Of a stretch of DNA of 64,000 nucleotides, positions 10,604-24,686 are shown one piece after another. Positions within the stretch are counted from its first letter, which is position 1. Each line of letters begins with the position of its first letter. The notes beneath the pieces were generated by a model, which made no database searches, was not told the DNA's origin, and was given only the letters and a program-made list of their open reading frames with translations. The position numbers and the translations under genes were made by a program. Source of the stretch: Octopus bimaculoides (taxonomy: Eukaryota); contig NC_068987.1 in assembly GCF_001194135.2 (NCBI RefSeq), positions 27,778,237 through 27,842,236 on the forward strand. The letters run 5' to 3'.

Positions 10604-12149
10604 TATCGTGATGTTATTATTAAGACGGCAAGCTGACAGAATCCTTCACGATTTCATGACTTTTATTCTCGTAGATTATTGTGGCCATATGCAGAGTTTG
10701 TGTAGTAAGGATCAGTCCCTCCGTTTTGGATTTTGAGTCATTGTTAACTTTCACTATGGCTTACTTCTTTATCAAGCCTTGCAATATATTGGCTCTAGAG
10801 GGGTTCTTCTCTCCATTTTTTTTTACTTGTTTGTTTTGTAATTTTCTTTTCATGTTTTTTTTTTCATATGTTTTATCATTTCTGTTGAGTTGTTATCTAA
10901 ATCCATGGATTCATAGCAGTCTCTTTCTCTGTACTTTTTCCTTTCCTGATATAGACAAGAGGACATTTTTTCATGTTTCTTTGTTACATTTTTAGGATGT
11001 CCATTATTCGTTTCTAAGTATTTGTCCATCTTTAAAATGCTGTTCTACAGTAGTTTTGTATTTGCGTCAAGCCATACCCTCCTTGGGAGCGAGGCGTCTA
11101 TATTCGGTCAATATTTGCTTTTGGATGGTGGCTACAGTATGCTCTTAGGACCCTCGTGGTTATTCTGTCTAAATTCCTCAATATACTTTGAATTCAGTTC
11201 ATTATATTGAAGCCGTAGCTTATGACTGGTATGGCTAGCATATCATATTTCTAGAATTGAGTCCAGCTTTTAATATTAGTCTATTTCTCTTTTATTGTTA
11301 TATTCATTATTATCATTATGATTATAATTGTTATTATTATTATTGATGTTGTTGATGTAGTTATTGTTATTATTATTATTCACTACAGACGAAGTAACTT
11401 TCCGAAAGAAAAATTACGTTTTGAAATAGTGTTTTTACCGAAGAAATATAGTATACAGATGACTTCCTAAAGTTTTGAATCTCCTCCTACAGGGGCTGAC
11501 AAAAGAAAATTATTAAGTTTGTGCTTTTACTTTTGAACAAAGGAGTTTTCCTTCACGTCAGCGACAACAAAAATGACTACGACTATTTCAGGATACGCCT
11601 ACAAAATGAAAACTGAAAATACACGAAAATCATTTCACACACACAGAAAACAAACAAAGAATATTTAACATTAATGCAAAATATTAATAGTAACTACGAG
11701 TGGAAAACACAAACATTTTAACATAGAATTGAAATACACCGAGAAGAAATGTTATCATAAATATCAACAACATCAGCCATTGTATATATGAGTATACCGC
11801 AGCAAATACAAATATGAAGAAATAAACGTCATCCTTCGTAAACTTTCTTTCAAACAAATTCCCCCTTGCTATATAAGATTTTGTAGAAATAACAAATCTT
11901 GGCATCATTGTGTATACATGACAGAGGCACGTGTAGGAAAGTAACCGACTTGCGTTTTCTCAAGGCCACAAAGACTTTTCTTGTTGCATCTAAGCAGAAA
12001 TTTGTAGACGCCGGTGAGAGATAGTTCAATTACAATTTCATTCAACGGGAAAGGTATAACATTTGGTGCCTTGTTTTATTTTGAAATAGTAAATAGGGCA
12101 AGCTCACATTGTACGTGACACATAAACCCATTCCTAAATATTTGGGAGA

Positions 12150-12830
12150 AAGTAACGCAGATGTTACCGTCAGTGAATTGACAATTGTGATCCCGACCCC
12201 TTCTCAGTAATCATATTAGTGACACATTACAACTAAGACCACGAAATGACAGCAGAGATGTATCCGCCAGAAAGAATGAAGACATTAAAATTCAGTATCG
12301 AAGGTTGGTAGCTCAGCTGATAGACATGTGAGAACAAAACACATGTATAGGGTTTCTGCACAATGCAGTAAATCTACAAGAAAAAATTTTACAGCAGCTT
12401 ATGAAATCATGGAAGTTATTAAGTTTTAAGGAGGTACCATGCACAAACCATTAGACTGTAAATTAAATTTCCACTTTTCTTAATGCAAGGTATAAACCAC
12501 GTGACCCAAGAACCCTTTTTCCCAGATACAGAAGACGATTATAAAAGGAGTCCCCTCATGAACGACAGTTAGAATAAAATGACTATAAAGTACGCATAGA
12601 AAGAAATACCGCACAATCCGTTTATGAGAATTAGGAGAAGTGGGCTGGCGAACGGGATAAGATGACAGGCTTTAAAACAAACGACAAAATACCCACCTGA
12701 AAAAAAAGTAACTTATGGAAAACACGAAAAGGTGATGTATCCCTGAAAGATCGAGCAGAGGTAGTGAATGCTTACCATCTTCGTTATGTGTTACTGGCTG
12801 ACTTTTGTGCCTTTTCCTAGTTCACGTGTG
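12150..12830 (+). mobile_element. Very decayed L1/Tx1-like RT relic
   Basis: WKTRKGDVSLKDRAEVVNAY near 12715-12775 resembles the WxxRxLSLKGRAEVxN motif C-terminal to Tx1 RT. Upstream motifs are barely recognisable. Confidence 0.3.
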
Positions 12831-15115
12831 CCCAAGTTCACGTTTGAGGACCAAATATCTCACCAACAACATTTAGTCGTAAATTTACTGCCCAACAATA
12901 TTTACTCGTAAAGAAAATTTGGGGTGAAAAGAGAAGTGCAGCCACCCAGAAACTGGCATCGATGTAATCGAATAACCCGCTTCCCTCCAAATTTCGGAGT
13001 ATTAAGAAACGGGCTTTTCATATATCTCAAACTTTATGGTTCCATTTGTTTTCAGATTGAAACAATGGAAATAACTTGTAGACAGGATTATAATTATATA
13101 AATAGAGTCCATACGTATCATTTGCTTATTGTCTCCTTCCTGAAATACGATAAGTCATATACATCTATACCTGAAAGCAAAATGTTAATGGCCACATTTG
13201 TTTTCTATATATGATGCACATAATACGTCAATATAGTGACCTTTAGCTACAAATCACTACCAATTAACAATAATTCTGTAACGACTAAATAAGATAATTA
13301 TCTACTAATATTGTTTTCTCCATTTCCTTTTGATTATACTATTTTAACTAAGTTGGCTTGCATAACAATTGAAGATTGAACTCGAATATAATCCAGCGAT
13401 TGATTTACTCATTTACTGCAATTCACGTTGTTTTTTAAGAAATGAATTATAAGCTTACTATCTATACACATATCTATATAAATTATTCATCAATATCCGC
13501 TTATACATCTTATAAACTTTCAGCCTAGTGGAATAAAAGTCAGAGATATTGGTGCTCTTACTTACGCTTCATACTTAAACTTGTATACTTTGCATACGAG
13601 TGCCCCAATTAAATTTCCAGCTTTATATTGTTTTACATCAAATCAAGCGTACTGTAAATTTTTTTCATCTACTGAAATAAAGTAAAACAGTTTCTGGATA
13701 AGTAGACTAACCTTAATTCTATCAATTCAGTAATCTCTCGCCGAAATTAAGATTGGCTATCACTTCGTAACTTGAAATAATATATTGTTTATTTATTTGT
13801 TATGTTGGATCAAAAAGATAAGTCAAATGCTGAGACCTGATTTAAAACAGAAAGGCTTGATTCTGCGTTGATAGCTTAACATTAAAGACGGATTCATGGG
13901 AAGAATTGTACTTAGACATCTAGTTATAGTGCATATCAGTATCTGGCCGTTAACGAACTAAACTGCGCAATGATTACATTAAATGAGTAAGTTACCAATG
14001 AATCTATCACATTACATACGATCTTAAATTAGAGATTTACTCTGAGTGTAAAGAAAAAAATTATTTCGTCAGATTCCTTCCATATATATGGTTCAATTTA
14101 TTATTTCTTCTAATCATTTCACATCGGCTGATTGCATGATTAATTTCTACAGCACTTACGTTTATTATTTATTTGGTTTGATGATTTGTTTCTTAGCGAA
14201 GAAATAATAAAGACAGAGCAGAAACAAAAAGAAATATGATAGGAGGAGGAGAAGATGACTATAAAGCAAAAGTAAATTTGGAAAGGATAAAAAAATACAT
14301 TAAATAAAGTGATAAGATTAGAGCTACAAAATGAAAGAGCTCTAGTCTAAAATGAGGGGTGAGTTGATAAGAAGTGAAGGGAAAACAAACGTGGAATATC
14401 AATAGCGAATAAACTTACTAGAAAAGATAATAAATAGAATGAAAACGAATTCACACTCGTAAAATGTTATCACATCTACCGCAGCGGCTTATTCATTTTT
14501 TTTTTTCGTTTCTGTTTACTAAATTAAGTGATGCATGATATATATATTAGAGAGAAAGAAAGATAAAGTAATAATTATGCATTATAGCCACAAAACTTTA
14601 TGATCAGTATGTCTATCGATTTTACATAAATGATGTACGTAGATTTATGGTATACAGTACTACAGATTATACCAATAGATTTTTAGTCAACATCGTTTGC
14701 ATAGACAATTGTAAACACTGGTTTAATATACAACAATCTTTTAGGATAGAAAAAATAAGGTTCAGCTAGACTAGTTTCAGAAATGTTCTAGAAGATACTC
14801 AGCGACTGCGTACACTCTTGCACTCCTTGTGGATACATTATTCATACATCCACAATACCAAAAGGTTAAGTATATGTAGTACATCAATATTTAGATTTTA
14901 ATAGGGTACTCGCAGAGTCCAATAATTTCCATAGTGGGATAGCATCTAACAACACCAATTCCATTTTTTCTGTCTTTTCACAAAGTTATAAATAAATGCA
15001 GGGCATTTTCATTTACACGTTCATGCATTTTGGTTTAAAAACACTATTTATACATTATAACCGCCATATACATTTTTTTATATATACATGTAGATATTTT
15101 ATGTATGTACACACG

Positions 15116-15117
15116 CA

Positions 15118-15170
<53 letters not shown>

Positions 15171-15329
15171 NNNNNNNNNNNNNNNNNNNNNNNNNNNNNN
15201 NNNNNNNNNNNNNNNNNNNNNNNNNNNNNNNNNNNNNNNNNNNNNNNNNNNNNNNNNNNNNNNNNNNNNNNNNNNNNNNNNNNNNNNNNNNNNNNNNTAT
15301 ATATATGCATTCATTCATACATACATACA

Positions 15330-15362
<33 letters not shown>

Positions 15363-15404
15363 GCATACCTACATACATACATACATACATACATACATAC
15401 ATAC
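15116..15404. repeat. (CA)n - gap - (TACA)n compound microsatellite
   Basis: Read directly from sequence. Confidence 0.95.
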
Positions 15405-16059
15405 ATTTAAAATATGTTAAGTATTATTTTTAAGCCTTGCGCTGTACATATTTTTTACACTCTAAAAGAAACACTATTGGACATGTTTCACAGTTGTTGA
15501 CCAGTCATCAAACGCAAGTACCACGCAGTGTGCCACCGAAGTGAACTTACAGCCAATCATTACTTTAATCCATAACAAATTAGAACTTGTAATTGCAAGT
15601 CTGTTCTGTATATCATGTATTTTTCATCGGCGTAATTGTATAATTTATAATCATTTATACACACGTTAGCATGTAAGAGGAACGTAAAGTATGTTTAAAG
15701 TAATTCTGATGCAGTCTTTAAGTTATCCGCTGTGGAAATTTAAACGGATTTCAGAACATCTTATTCTTGTCCTCAGAAAATATACCTGAATTATAATATG
15801 TACTAGATTTAATCAACTTTTCGTCGTAAGCAATCTTTTAGGGAGAAGAAAAAAGACGATGTCTTGTCTTTGAAATAATGGTCAAGAACCCGTGAACACT
15901 ATGAAGACAAATCTATTTAGTTTTCTACGTACGAAAAGAAACCGAGATAAATGTACGTCTTAAAACAGTTTAGTTAATTTAAAATGCATCCTATATTTTC
16001 TAATACACGCTGTGTTTCGGGCATATATGTCTTAATTCTCACTGTCTCTCTCCGTCTCT

Positions 16060-16081
16060 GTCTGTCTGTATCTCTGACTTC

Positions 16082-16160
<79 letters not shown>
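16060..16160. repeat. (CTGT)n/(CT)n microsatellite
   Basis: Read directly from sequence. Confidence 0.95.
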
Positions 16161-16163
<3 letters not shown>

Positions 16164-19100
16164 ATATGTATATTAATATATTCCACAGAAGCAGTATTAG
16201 ATTAAAATACACATCCATACATACTTAATGTAGAAACTTTACAAGCAAAGAAATTTAGTGTAGAGTTCGTCCGGAGATGGCATTTCTTATGGACATGCTA
16301 TGTTTAGCAACACAAATTATTTCAGAAGCTGAAGGAAATCGTCCAGGATTTTCAAATGAGAGTATTAGATGAGCATTTCTACTTCTGTGAGCTTTGTCGG
16401 TACCACGTACTCACTAACAATAGCAAGTCAAATCGAAATACGTCGTCACCGATGTAGGATAACAGGGACTGAACAATTACTAATGTTGAAATTAGTTGCC
16501 TGTCTGAATAAAAATCCAATATATGCAACAGGAAATGTATTAGATTAATCCCGACAAAGCAAATTTCCTGTCGCAAGAGTCCGGAGAAAGTATCTCTCTG
16601 AACATGTATTTAAAAACAAAAAACTATTTCTGTAGCAGACGGATTCAGAAATACGCATCTGGCATTTTCACATGCCACATAGATATGATTTTATCCATCA
16701 GTATGATAACATAGTGTAATTGTAGTTTCATGGTAGCAAGTGTTCATCCGCGGAAGATTTGATTAACGTGGCAACAGAAAGAAGATAATTAAGAAATTTA
16801 GTTACTTGGTGTATTATTAGAAATAGTGTAGCCGTTAAATCAATGTGCCTAAAGCTTAAATCGCATAATCACATACTAGACATTAGTTCACTAATGATTA
16901 AAAGTCACTTATTTCCAGGGATACCAAAGCATTCGTTATCTTTTTATATGATGTAAATATAAGCATAAAAACTTTAAAACGAATAATTATATAGAATATT
17001 AATTTAAATACAACAATGAACACCACTTTGGAAAATGTAGTTCAAACTTATTATTAGTCGATGTAGTACTCTAATTATGACAACTAGTTAATAACTATTT
17101 TATTGTATCAATATACGATCTGTTGTGATTAGTTACCAAAAAGCCTTATCAACAGAAATGTGACCGAGAAATGTCCGAAACTTTTAGTTGAAATAGACTG
17201 TTAAGCAATAAATGAACCTTTTTCCTGTGGAGTCAATCTCTTTTCATCAAAGAAACTTCTAGCTATTTTAAGCATTCCTAATCAACCGACTAATACATTT
17301 CCCATTTGCTGATTGACAGATAAATGAACACCCTTGATATTTTGAACGATATTCCGTAAAAATACCACATAGAAATTATAGCCTATGAAATATTGAGAAA
17401 AAATAGGCTTGGCTTATAGGCGTATCCAGCTACCTCTGGAACACGAGGATTGAATGTTATATGCTTGGTTAAAAATCTTTTGCGGTGATGAGCAAAATTA
17501 AATTTGTTCAACTGTAATGCATATGTATATATATGAGGTAGTAGAGGACAATAATTGCATCAAGCGTGCATGAATTTGACAATTACAAATGACACTGGCA
17601 GTATAATTCATCTGAGATAGAGGGCGGAATCTTATGGAAACTGGTCTACCAGATATCTTTGCAAAAGAATTCCGTGAAAATGAAGAACTTGTATGATTTT
17701 ATAGCAGATATATAAGAATAGAATCGAGATAATATAATCAACAAAGTTATCGATCCTATACTTCGTAGATGCGATTCCATTCCGAGAAATTTCAGATACC
17801 AGGCCAAGTATCAAAATCAGATTATTTTATTCTTGTCGATCTTTAATGAAAATGTTTTTTTTCTTGTTTTCTCTTTTGAAAGATATGTTATAAAATATTC
17901 TAAATTACAGGGTTTTTTTTAAATTTGGTTATGAATACTTTTGCTATTTGCTATTATAATTGTTGGTTTGAAACTTACATCATTTTAAAAGATGAAATAA
18001 AAAAGATAGTTTGGAAAACGATTATAAACTGAAATATTGTTTAATCCTCAATATAACTTGTCTTTAAATGGAGGGATGCCATTTATATGAGTCTAGTATA
18101 CACGCGTACAGACATATATAATATATGTGTACATATGTGTATATATATGTGTGTGTGTGTATGTATGCGTATATGCGTTGTATGTGTATACTCACACGCA
18201 TATACCCGCATACATATATACACGTAAATATAACTAAAGTGATCAAAGGATAAATATGTTCATATGTGCATTATATAACAGATTGCATGCACGTATACAC
18301 AAAACATCTTTATGTATGTGTATATTTATGTGAGTTCGATCTTGTACATACCTATTCACACTTATGTTGAAAAAATATTTTGTTTCAGGTGTATTCATAT
18401 GTATGCGATTGTGTATGGTTGAGCGATTCTGTGTGTGTATATATGTATGTATATATGTGTATATGTATGTATTATGTATGCATTATGTGTATGTATGTAT
18501 TATATGTGTGTATGTATGTATGTATGTATGTATGTATGTATGTATGTGCATGTACTTGTATATTGTCTAATAAATGAGTGAAATTGAAAACAAAAGCAAA
18601 AAGGTCTTTAGATGATATATTTTTTCAAGTTTTTAATACATAAACTCTTTAATTCAAAATAGTATTGTCACGAATGAAAGTTTTTTCAAAAACATATAAA
18701 TAAACTGCTCGAATTATCGATTTTATTTCTTATTTATTTATTTGCTTATTTATTTTTGTTAAATATGCCATGAAGATGAAAGGCAGTTACTTTCGTTTTT
18801 ACTTAAAGATAACAGACACAATTCAGTAATATATGAACTATTAGTAAGTCTTCAACAAGTAGTATACAGATGATGTGTTCAATGTTATATTTTCGAATTA
18901 GCGAGGCTTTGATGTTTTGTCTTCTGAAGAGAGTAATTCAATGTCTAACCTACAAGCAGTATCAAATTGTTATCTATCACGTGTATAAGTAAGAGGCTAT
19001 TACACAAGAACTGAATAGGCAGCATAACATCAATAATACGCAAGGTTTACTGAGGCAACTTGGCCGTTCAGCTAGGTTATTTCTAACTGCTTATACGTCT

Positions 19101-19628
19101 TCATCACCAAATAATTTTCAAATGCTAATGCAAAATGGATTTCTTCGCCGCACATATTTACAAACATTATTTCAGAATACAATACATATGTATTTAGGTT
19201 ACACGCACACGTATATGAATGTGTATAGATATATACGTATGTGTGAGTATATGTATATATGTATGTGTATGTACATGCATAGCATTAAGAGTTACTACAC
19301 GCAGAAAACTGTGTAAAATCACTATATAACTAGTGGCATATCTAGAATGTGCTGTAGATTCTGTGGACTCAGATCATACCGTTAAAATGTGAACAGGATT
19401 TTAGGCTTAGCACTATCTCACTGTACATTCACTCATAAAAAAAAAAAACGCAATACGAATTAATCTGTAAGAGGAGATTCTGGGATTATATTTTACATCC
19501 AGCTACATTTCTGAATTATATCCATGACTTTAAAATGCACAAACATGTTAACACCACACACACACTCACACACGTGTATATGAATGTATGTTATACATAC
19601 ATACACACATATATATGTATATATATGC

Positions 19629-19679
<51 letters not shown>

Positions 19680-19828
19680 GGTTATGAGCGATAGTGGTGT
19701 GATTTAGACCCTGCCTAAACAATGGATTTACAAATACAATATCCCTACATTCACTCTCTATTTCCTATCTTATCTAAACTAACCATCCTCTCTCACACCG
19801 TCTCCGATGAAGGGATATAATAAATATC
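19680..19828 (+). mobile_element. Penelope-type terminal fragment with a partial hammerhead-like motif, cut by a gap
   Basis: gtct CCGATGA a gggatat-aataa-atatc[N]: core with U4>C and stem II visible; the GAAA half would lie in the gap 19829-19927. It follows a (TA)n tract. Confidence 0.4.
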
Positions 19829-19969
19829 NNNNNNNNNNNNNNNNNNNNNNNNNNNNNNNNNNNNNNNNNNNNNNNNNNNNNNNNNNNNNNNNNNNNNNNN
19901 NNNNNNNNNNNNNNNNNNNNNNNNNNNTTTTTTTATCTCATTAAGAAAAGTAAATCGTTATATATATAC

Positions 19970-20022
<53 letters not shown>

Positions 20023-20039
20023 AATATATATATCATCTT

Positions 20040-20105
20040 TTACTTGTTCCAGTCATTAGAGAGCGGTCATGCTGGGCCAACGCCTTGAAGAGACTAGTCG
20101 AACGA
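20040..20105 (-). mobile_element. Decayed 3' end of family-C SINE
   Basis: tttacttgttccagtcattagagagcggtcatgctgg...tagtcgaac. Confidence 0.6.
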
Positions 20106-21148
20106 ATATTGTTTGAAGTTTAGTAATTATTATATCGCTCTCACGAAGTTTTGAATGGAAAGAGGTTACTCTTTCATGCGATGTATTTTATCCAACCGTA
20201 TACCGGTTTAACTCCATGTCGATTAATATACTTGGAATACATTAGTTTGTGTTAGTATTAGTGTAAACACTTATGAAGTTACAGTACTTATTATAGACGT
20301 TTTCATTCATTCGATATAGGAGAACAGAATTTTCATAATATAATACATATGACATATATCCGATGGGCTTTTTTATTTTCCGTCTACCAAATACTCCCTA
20401 GACACAACATTCGTTTCAACACCATTTCACGTAAAAAAATCATTTAAACCAGATATAAAAACGATGTATATATGCATATAGACATATAATATTTGTAAAC
20501 AAACCCGAAGGTTTGATAATTTACGGAGAAAGAGCGACTACGAAAGTCTTTTTTTATATACTAATAACTATATAATAATATACCATAAGAATAATATATA
20601 TACTCCGATTAACGCGATATTATCTAAACAATTGACTGAAAAATGATAAGTTTAGTCAAGCTAGAATCGAAGCCACATATCAACATTAAGATGGCTCCAT
20701 GCATACCCGATTGAGAAAGACGTTTACCCATAAATTTCGGTCAAATTTTTTGTATAGATGCTTAACTGTCTTGTAATACATATAATATATGAAATCAAAC
20801 CCGAAGGCTTGATACGTTGCCGAGAAAGGCCGACTACGAAAGTATTCTTTTATACAATAATAACATGGCTCAATCGGATGTGTATGGAGCTGTGCGAGTG
20901 TGAATATGTGGGTTTGATTCTGGCTTCGGTAAGCTCATCATTTTTCTGCCAATTGTTTAGATAATGCCGCTTTAATTGGAGTATATATGTTACATTATTA
21001 TACAGTAATAATTGTATACACACATCAATATGTATGTGTGTGCGTGTGTGTGAGTGCGTGCGTGTGCATGAACAAGTATATGTATATATATATACACATA
21101 TATATATTTGCATATATATGTATGTATATATATATCTATATCTATCTA

Positions 21149-21186
<38 letters not shown>

Positions 21187-22457
21187 NNNNNNNNNNNNNN
21201 NNNNNNNNNNNNNNNNNNNNNNNNNNNNNNNNNNNNNNNNNNNNNNNNNNNNNNNNNNNNNNNNNNNNNNNNNNNNNNNNNNNNNNNNNNNNNNNNNNNN
21301 NNNNNNNNNNNNNNNNNNNNNNNNNNNNNNNNNNNNNNNNNNNNNNNNNNNNNNNNNNNNNNNNNNNNNNNNNNNNNNNNNNNNNNNNNNNNNNNNNNNN
21401 NNNNNNNNNNNNNNNNNNNNNNNNNNNNNNNNNNNNNNNNNNNNNNNNNNNNNNNNNNNNNNNNNNNNNNNNNNNNNNNNNNNNNNNNNNNNNNNNNNNN
21501 NNNNNNNNNNNNNNNNNNNNNNNNNNNNNNNNNNNNNNNNNNNNNNNNNNNNNNNNNNNNNNNNNNNNNNNNNNNNNNNNNNNNNNNNNNNNNNNNNNNN
21601 NNNNNNNNNNNNNNNNNNNNNNNNNNNNNNNNNNNNNNNNNNNNNNNNNNNNNNNNNNNNNNNNNNNNNNGTGTAATACTCCCTATGTTTTTTTATTATG
21701 TGTGTGTGCGTGTGTGTATGTGTGTGTGTGTATGTGTATCATTATATATTCCCAAACTTTAAGAATTATTTTAATCTTATGTTTAACACAAATCCTTGGG
21801 AAGCTTTCCGAAAATCTTTTAGTTATGAAATAAAAAGCCTGAGAATTTTTTCTTTCAGTCGTCATTTTTTTCAAGCCTGCTAACAGATCCTGTAGGTTAT
21901 ACAGATCTACTGGAATTTTCTAGCATTACTTTCTAATGCATAAAGTTACTGGACACGCGGGAAAATGCACAAAGTGAATAAGTCACCATTACCAACACAG
22001 CAAATGTATGAAACGTAGAAAAAACAATAACGGAAATTAAAACAGTTTTGTTATTCAATATAGGAACTTTTGAATGTTTTCTCATAGCTACGTCTTCTTT
22101 TCCCTCTCCATGCGTCCTGTATTTTAGTGCGTATGTGTGAATTTGTGTGCGTTTGAGTGTGTGTGTGTGTGAGTGTGTGTGTGTGTGAGTGTGTGTGTAA
22201 TGGTGGTGAATAAAAACTGAGCATGTTTACTAATTAACTGACGCAGATATTAAAATTTTTTCTTTACTAATTCAAAACTAAGTCATTATATTTTCTGAGG
22301 AAAATCTCAGTACGATTACTTTTTACGTTTTTCTTGTATTTACGTTTGTCAGTGGATGACCATGTTAAAAGCGTCACAGCAACATTCAGAAATCTGATAG
22401 ATCGTAGCCTAGAGCCCAATACACTTATCTATGATCTGTTTGTGCAATAAAATGCAA

Positions 22458-22512
<55 letters not shown>

Positions 22513-23589
22513 AATGCATGAATAACACTCTTATACTTAAAATCGAATAGCATTCCTTTCACCTGAACCCACAAGCACCCATGAGAAAATTAAACAGGAG
22601 CTTAAGATTATTACAAATTTTACGTAGATAAGAGAGTACACTCTTTGCTATACATATTCACCAAATTTTAATTTTCCTCTGGGATAAACATATTTTATGT
22701 AATATATACGATAATACCCTGAAGTAAATTTAATCAAACCAAGGCAAGTTGTTAACGTAGAATTCTTGATGAATTTAAACTTTTGAAGAAATTAAATGTG
22801 CGGAAGAATTGATAAATATTTACGGCAGAAAATATTGTAATAAATAACTGCCAACGCTCTTCTTTTACTGTTTATCATCCAAATTTCAATTGTCTTATCA
22901 CCTAAATTCTATTCGGACTAAATCGAGACTCCCTTGTCATCATTCTTGTTAAATATCTGTATAGTATTATCAGTGTAATGCAAGGGAATTAATGTTGTTT
23001 TAGGATAGGTTGGCGATTAGACTAAAATAATGGCGCACAAGTTTAAATGCATTAAAGTATCCAGTTTCTTCTAAATATGATCTGAATTCAGATTTATCTT
23101 TCATATACCGGTTTAAGATTATTTATTAGCTTAGTTATATGCTGGTATTTACTAATCTCGCTGACATCTCCTACGTAAAAGTTGGCATTGAAATTAATAA
23201 CAAAGATATTAAACATTGTTGAAGTTTTGAAGCAGTGAGCACTGAAAACTATAAGATAGGCTACCAACATGATGGTTATGCTCCTTCATGAAAACATTTT
23301 ACGACACACGGCTGATTGTCTTAGAAGAAACAAAATTATTTCGCTTCTCAATAGCATTTTCCCATATCATAAAATAATCAGCATTGGGAGATATGATAAA
23401 TATCTTAATAATTCAAAAAGTCATTCGCGTACCTGCAATCACACACACATAATACATACAAATACACACACACATATAAGGTGGGAGTTGCGTTGATACT
23501 TATCTATTAATTTTTGGTACAATTGGATATGATGGACTTAACCATCAAACGAGTGCACAGTGTACAAGACGTCAGGTATCGAAGAGATC

Positions 23590-23690
23590 CCAGAGCAACG
23601 TGAGATGAAGTGTTTTGTTCAAGATCACAACACACCACTCGGTCTAGGAATTTAAAACAACGATTTCTTGGTCATGCATCCTCACACGGT
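23590..23690 (-). mobile_element. Decayed family-A SINE fragment
   Basis: gagcaacgtgagatgaagtgttttgttcaagatcacaacac...ggtctaggaattt aligns to 1235-1300. Confidence 0.6.
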
Positions 23691-24494
23691 TGGATGATAT
23701 ATATACTTTCGGCCAAGGAATCTACCTTTTCATGTGCTAAGTAAGCTTCAATACTGCAGACTTGCACTGATATATGGTATTCTTTCGATAAGAGGAATGA
23801 TTTCTCTCCTGCTCAAGTAGGCCGGTCTAGCTACATTTGTATACCAAGGCACATATTTACACTCAGATTTACACAGATGTACGCACATATTGCATCCATC
23901 TTCATTTAACTGTTCAGTACATGTTTACTACATGATGCATCTTTCGAAGGGTGGGCGAACTGTAATCATTCTTCCGTTGTACATCGATCTTAAATGTCAA
24001 TAGTAATTTACACTGCGAAAGTTTACTCAAATGTTGCTCTAGATTGTGTTTTAAGTCACTTGCATCTTTTACCCCTTTCTTATTTGTTCGTAAGTTTCGC
24101 TATCATATTGCTATATTGCATGATAACGGCAGTTTTTTTTCTTTTATTTTCCTTACTCATCATTTTATTATTGTGGTCGATGCTGTTATTAATGCAATTT
24201 TGCTAGTTTGATTTTGCAATAAAAGTAGATTTGGGGTATGATATTTATTACCGTTTCGAAAAAGTGGGCCATGCAGACATAACTGTTCATAAATTTTCTA
24301 TGGATTTATGTTACACATCCAAAATGAATTAAAGTGCCAGGCAGTCGATTGCAAATATATATGTCTGAAGACCTATTTACAAAGTATACAAGCATAATGT
24401 AAGAAAAGGTATTCTTGTTAAAACACTACCAGTCCAACATCTGAACAACTTTGTAAATACAGTTCTATATTTAAGAGATAAGAAATTATGTACT

Positions 24495-24686
24495 TTATTT
24501 ACATTTGACGGATATTTGTCTTCATCTTGTTTGTTGTTAACACAACGTTTCGGCTGATACACCTCCAGCTTTCATCAGGTTCGAAATTTCTCCAAGGCAC
24601 CTGATGAAGGCTGGAGGGTATATCAGCCGAAACGCTGTGTTAACAACAAACAAGATGAGGACAAATATCCGCCAAAATATAAATAA
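24495..24686. mobile_element. Head-to-head inverted pair of hammerhead-bearing retroelement termini (arms 24495-24580 and 24599-24686; 18-nt spacer)
   Basis: Arms are about 90% identical. Each has CTGATGA + a(g/a)gctg..cagcc + GAAA + cg(t/c)t gtgtt. Confidence 0.85.

Noticed and set aside
13930-13986. Plus-strand exon candidate AYQYLAVNELNCAMITLN
   Set aside because: Weak polypyrimidine tract, no recognisable homology, and phase-incompatible with the 16326 candidate.
20758-20964. ORF with WLNRMCMELCECEYVGLILAS and a gtaagc donor
   Set aside because: The first half lies in a local direct repeat and there is no convincing nearby acceptor.
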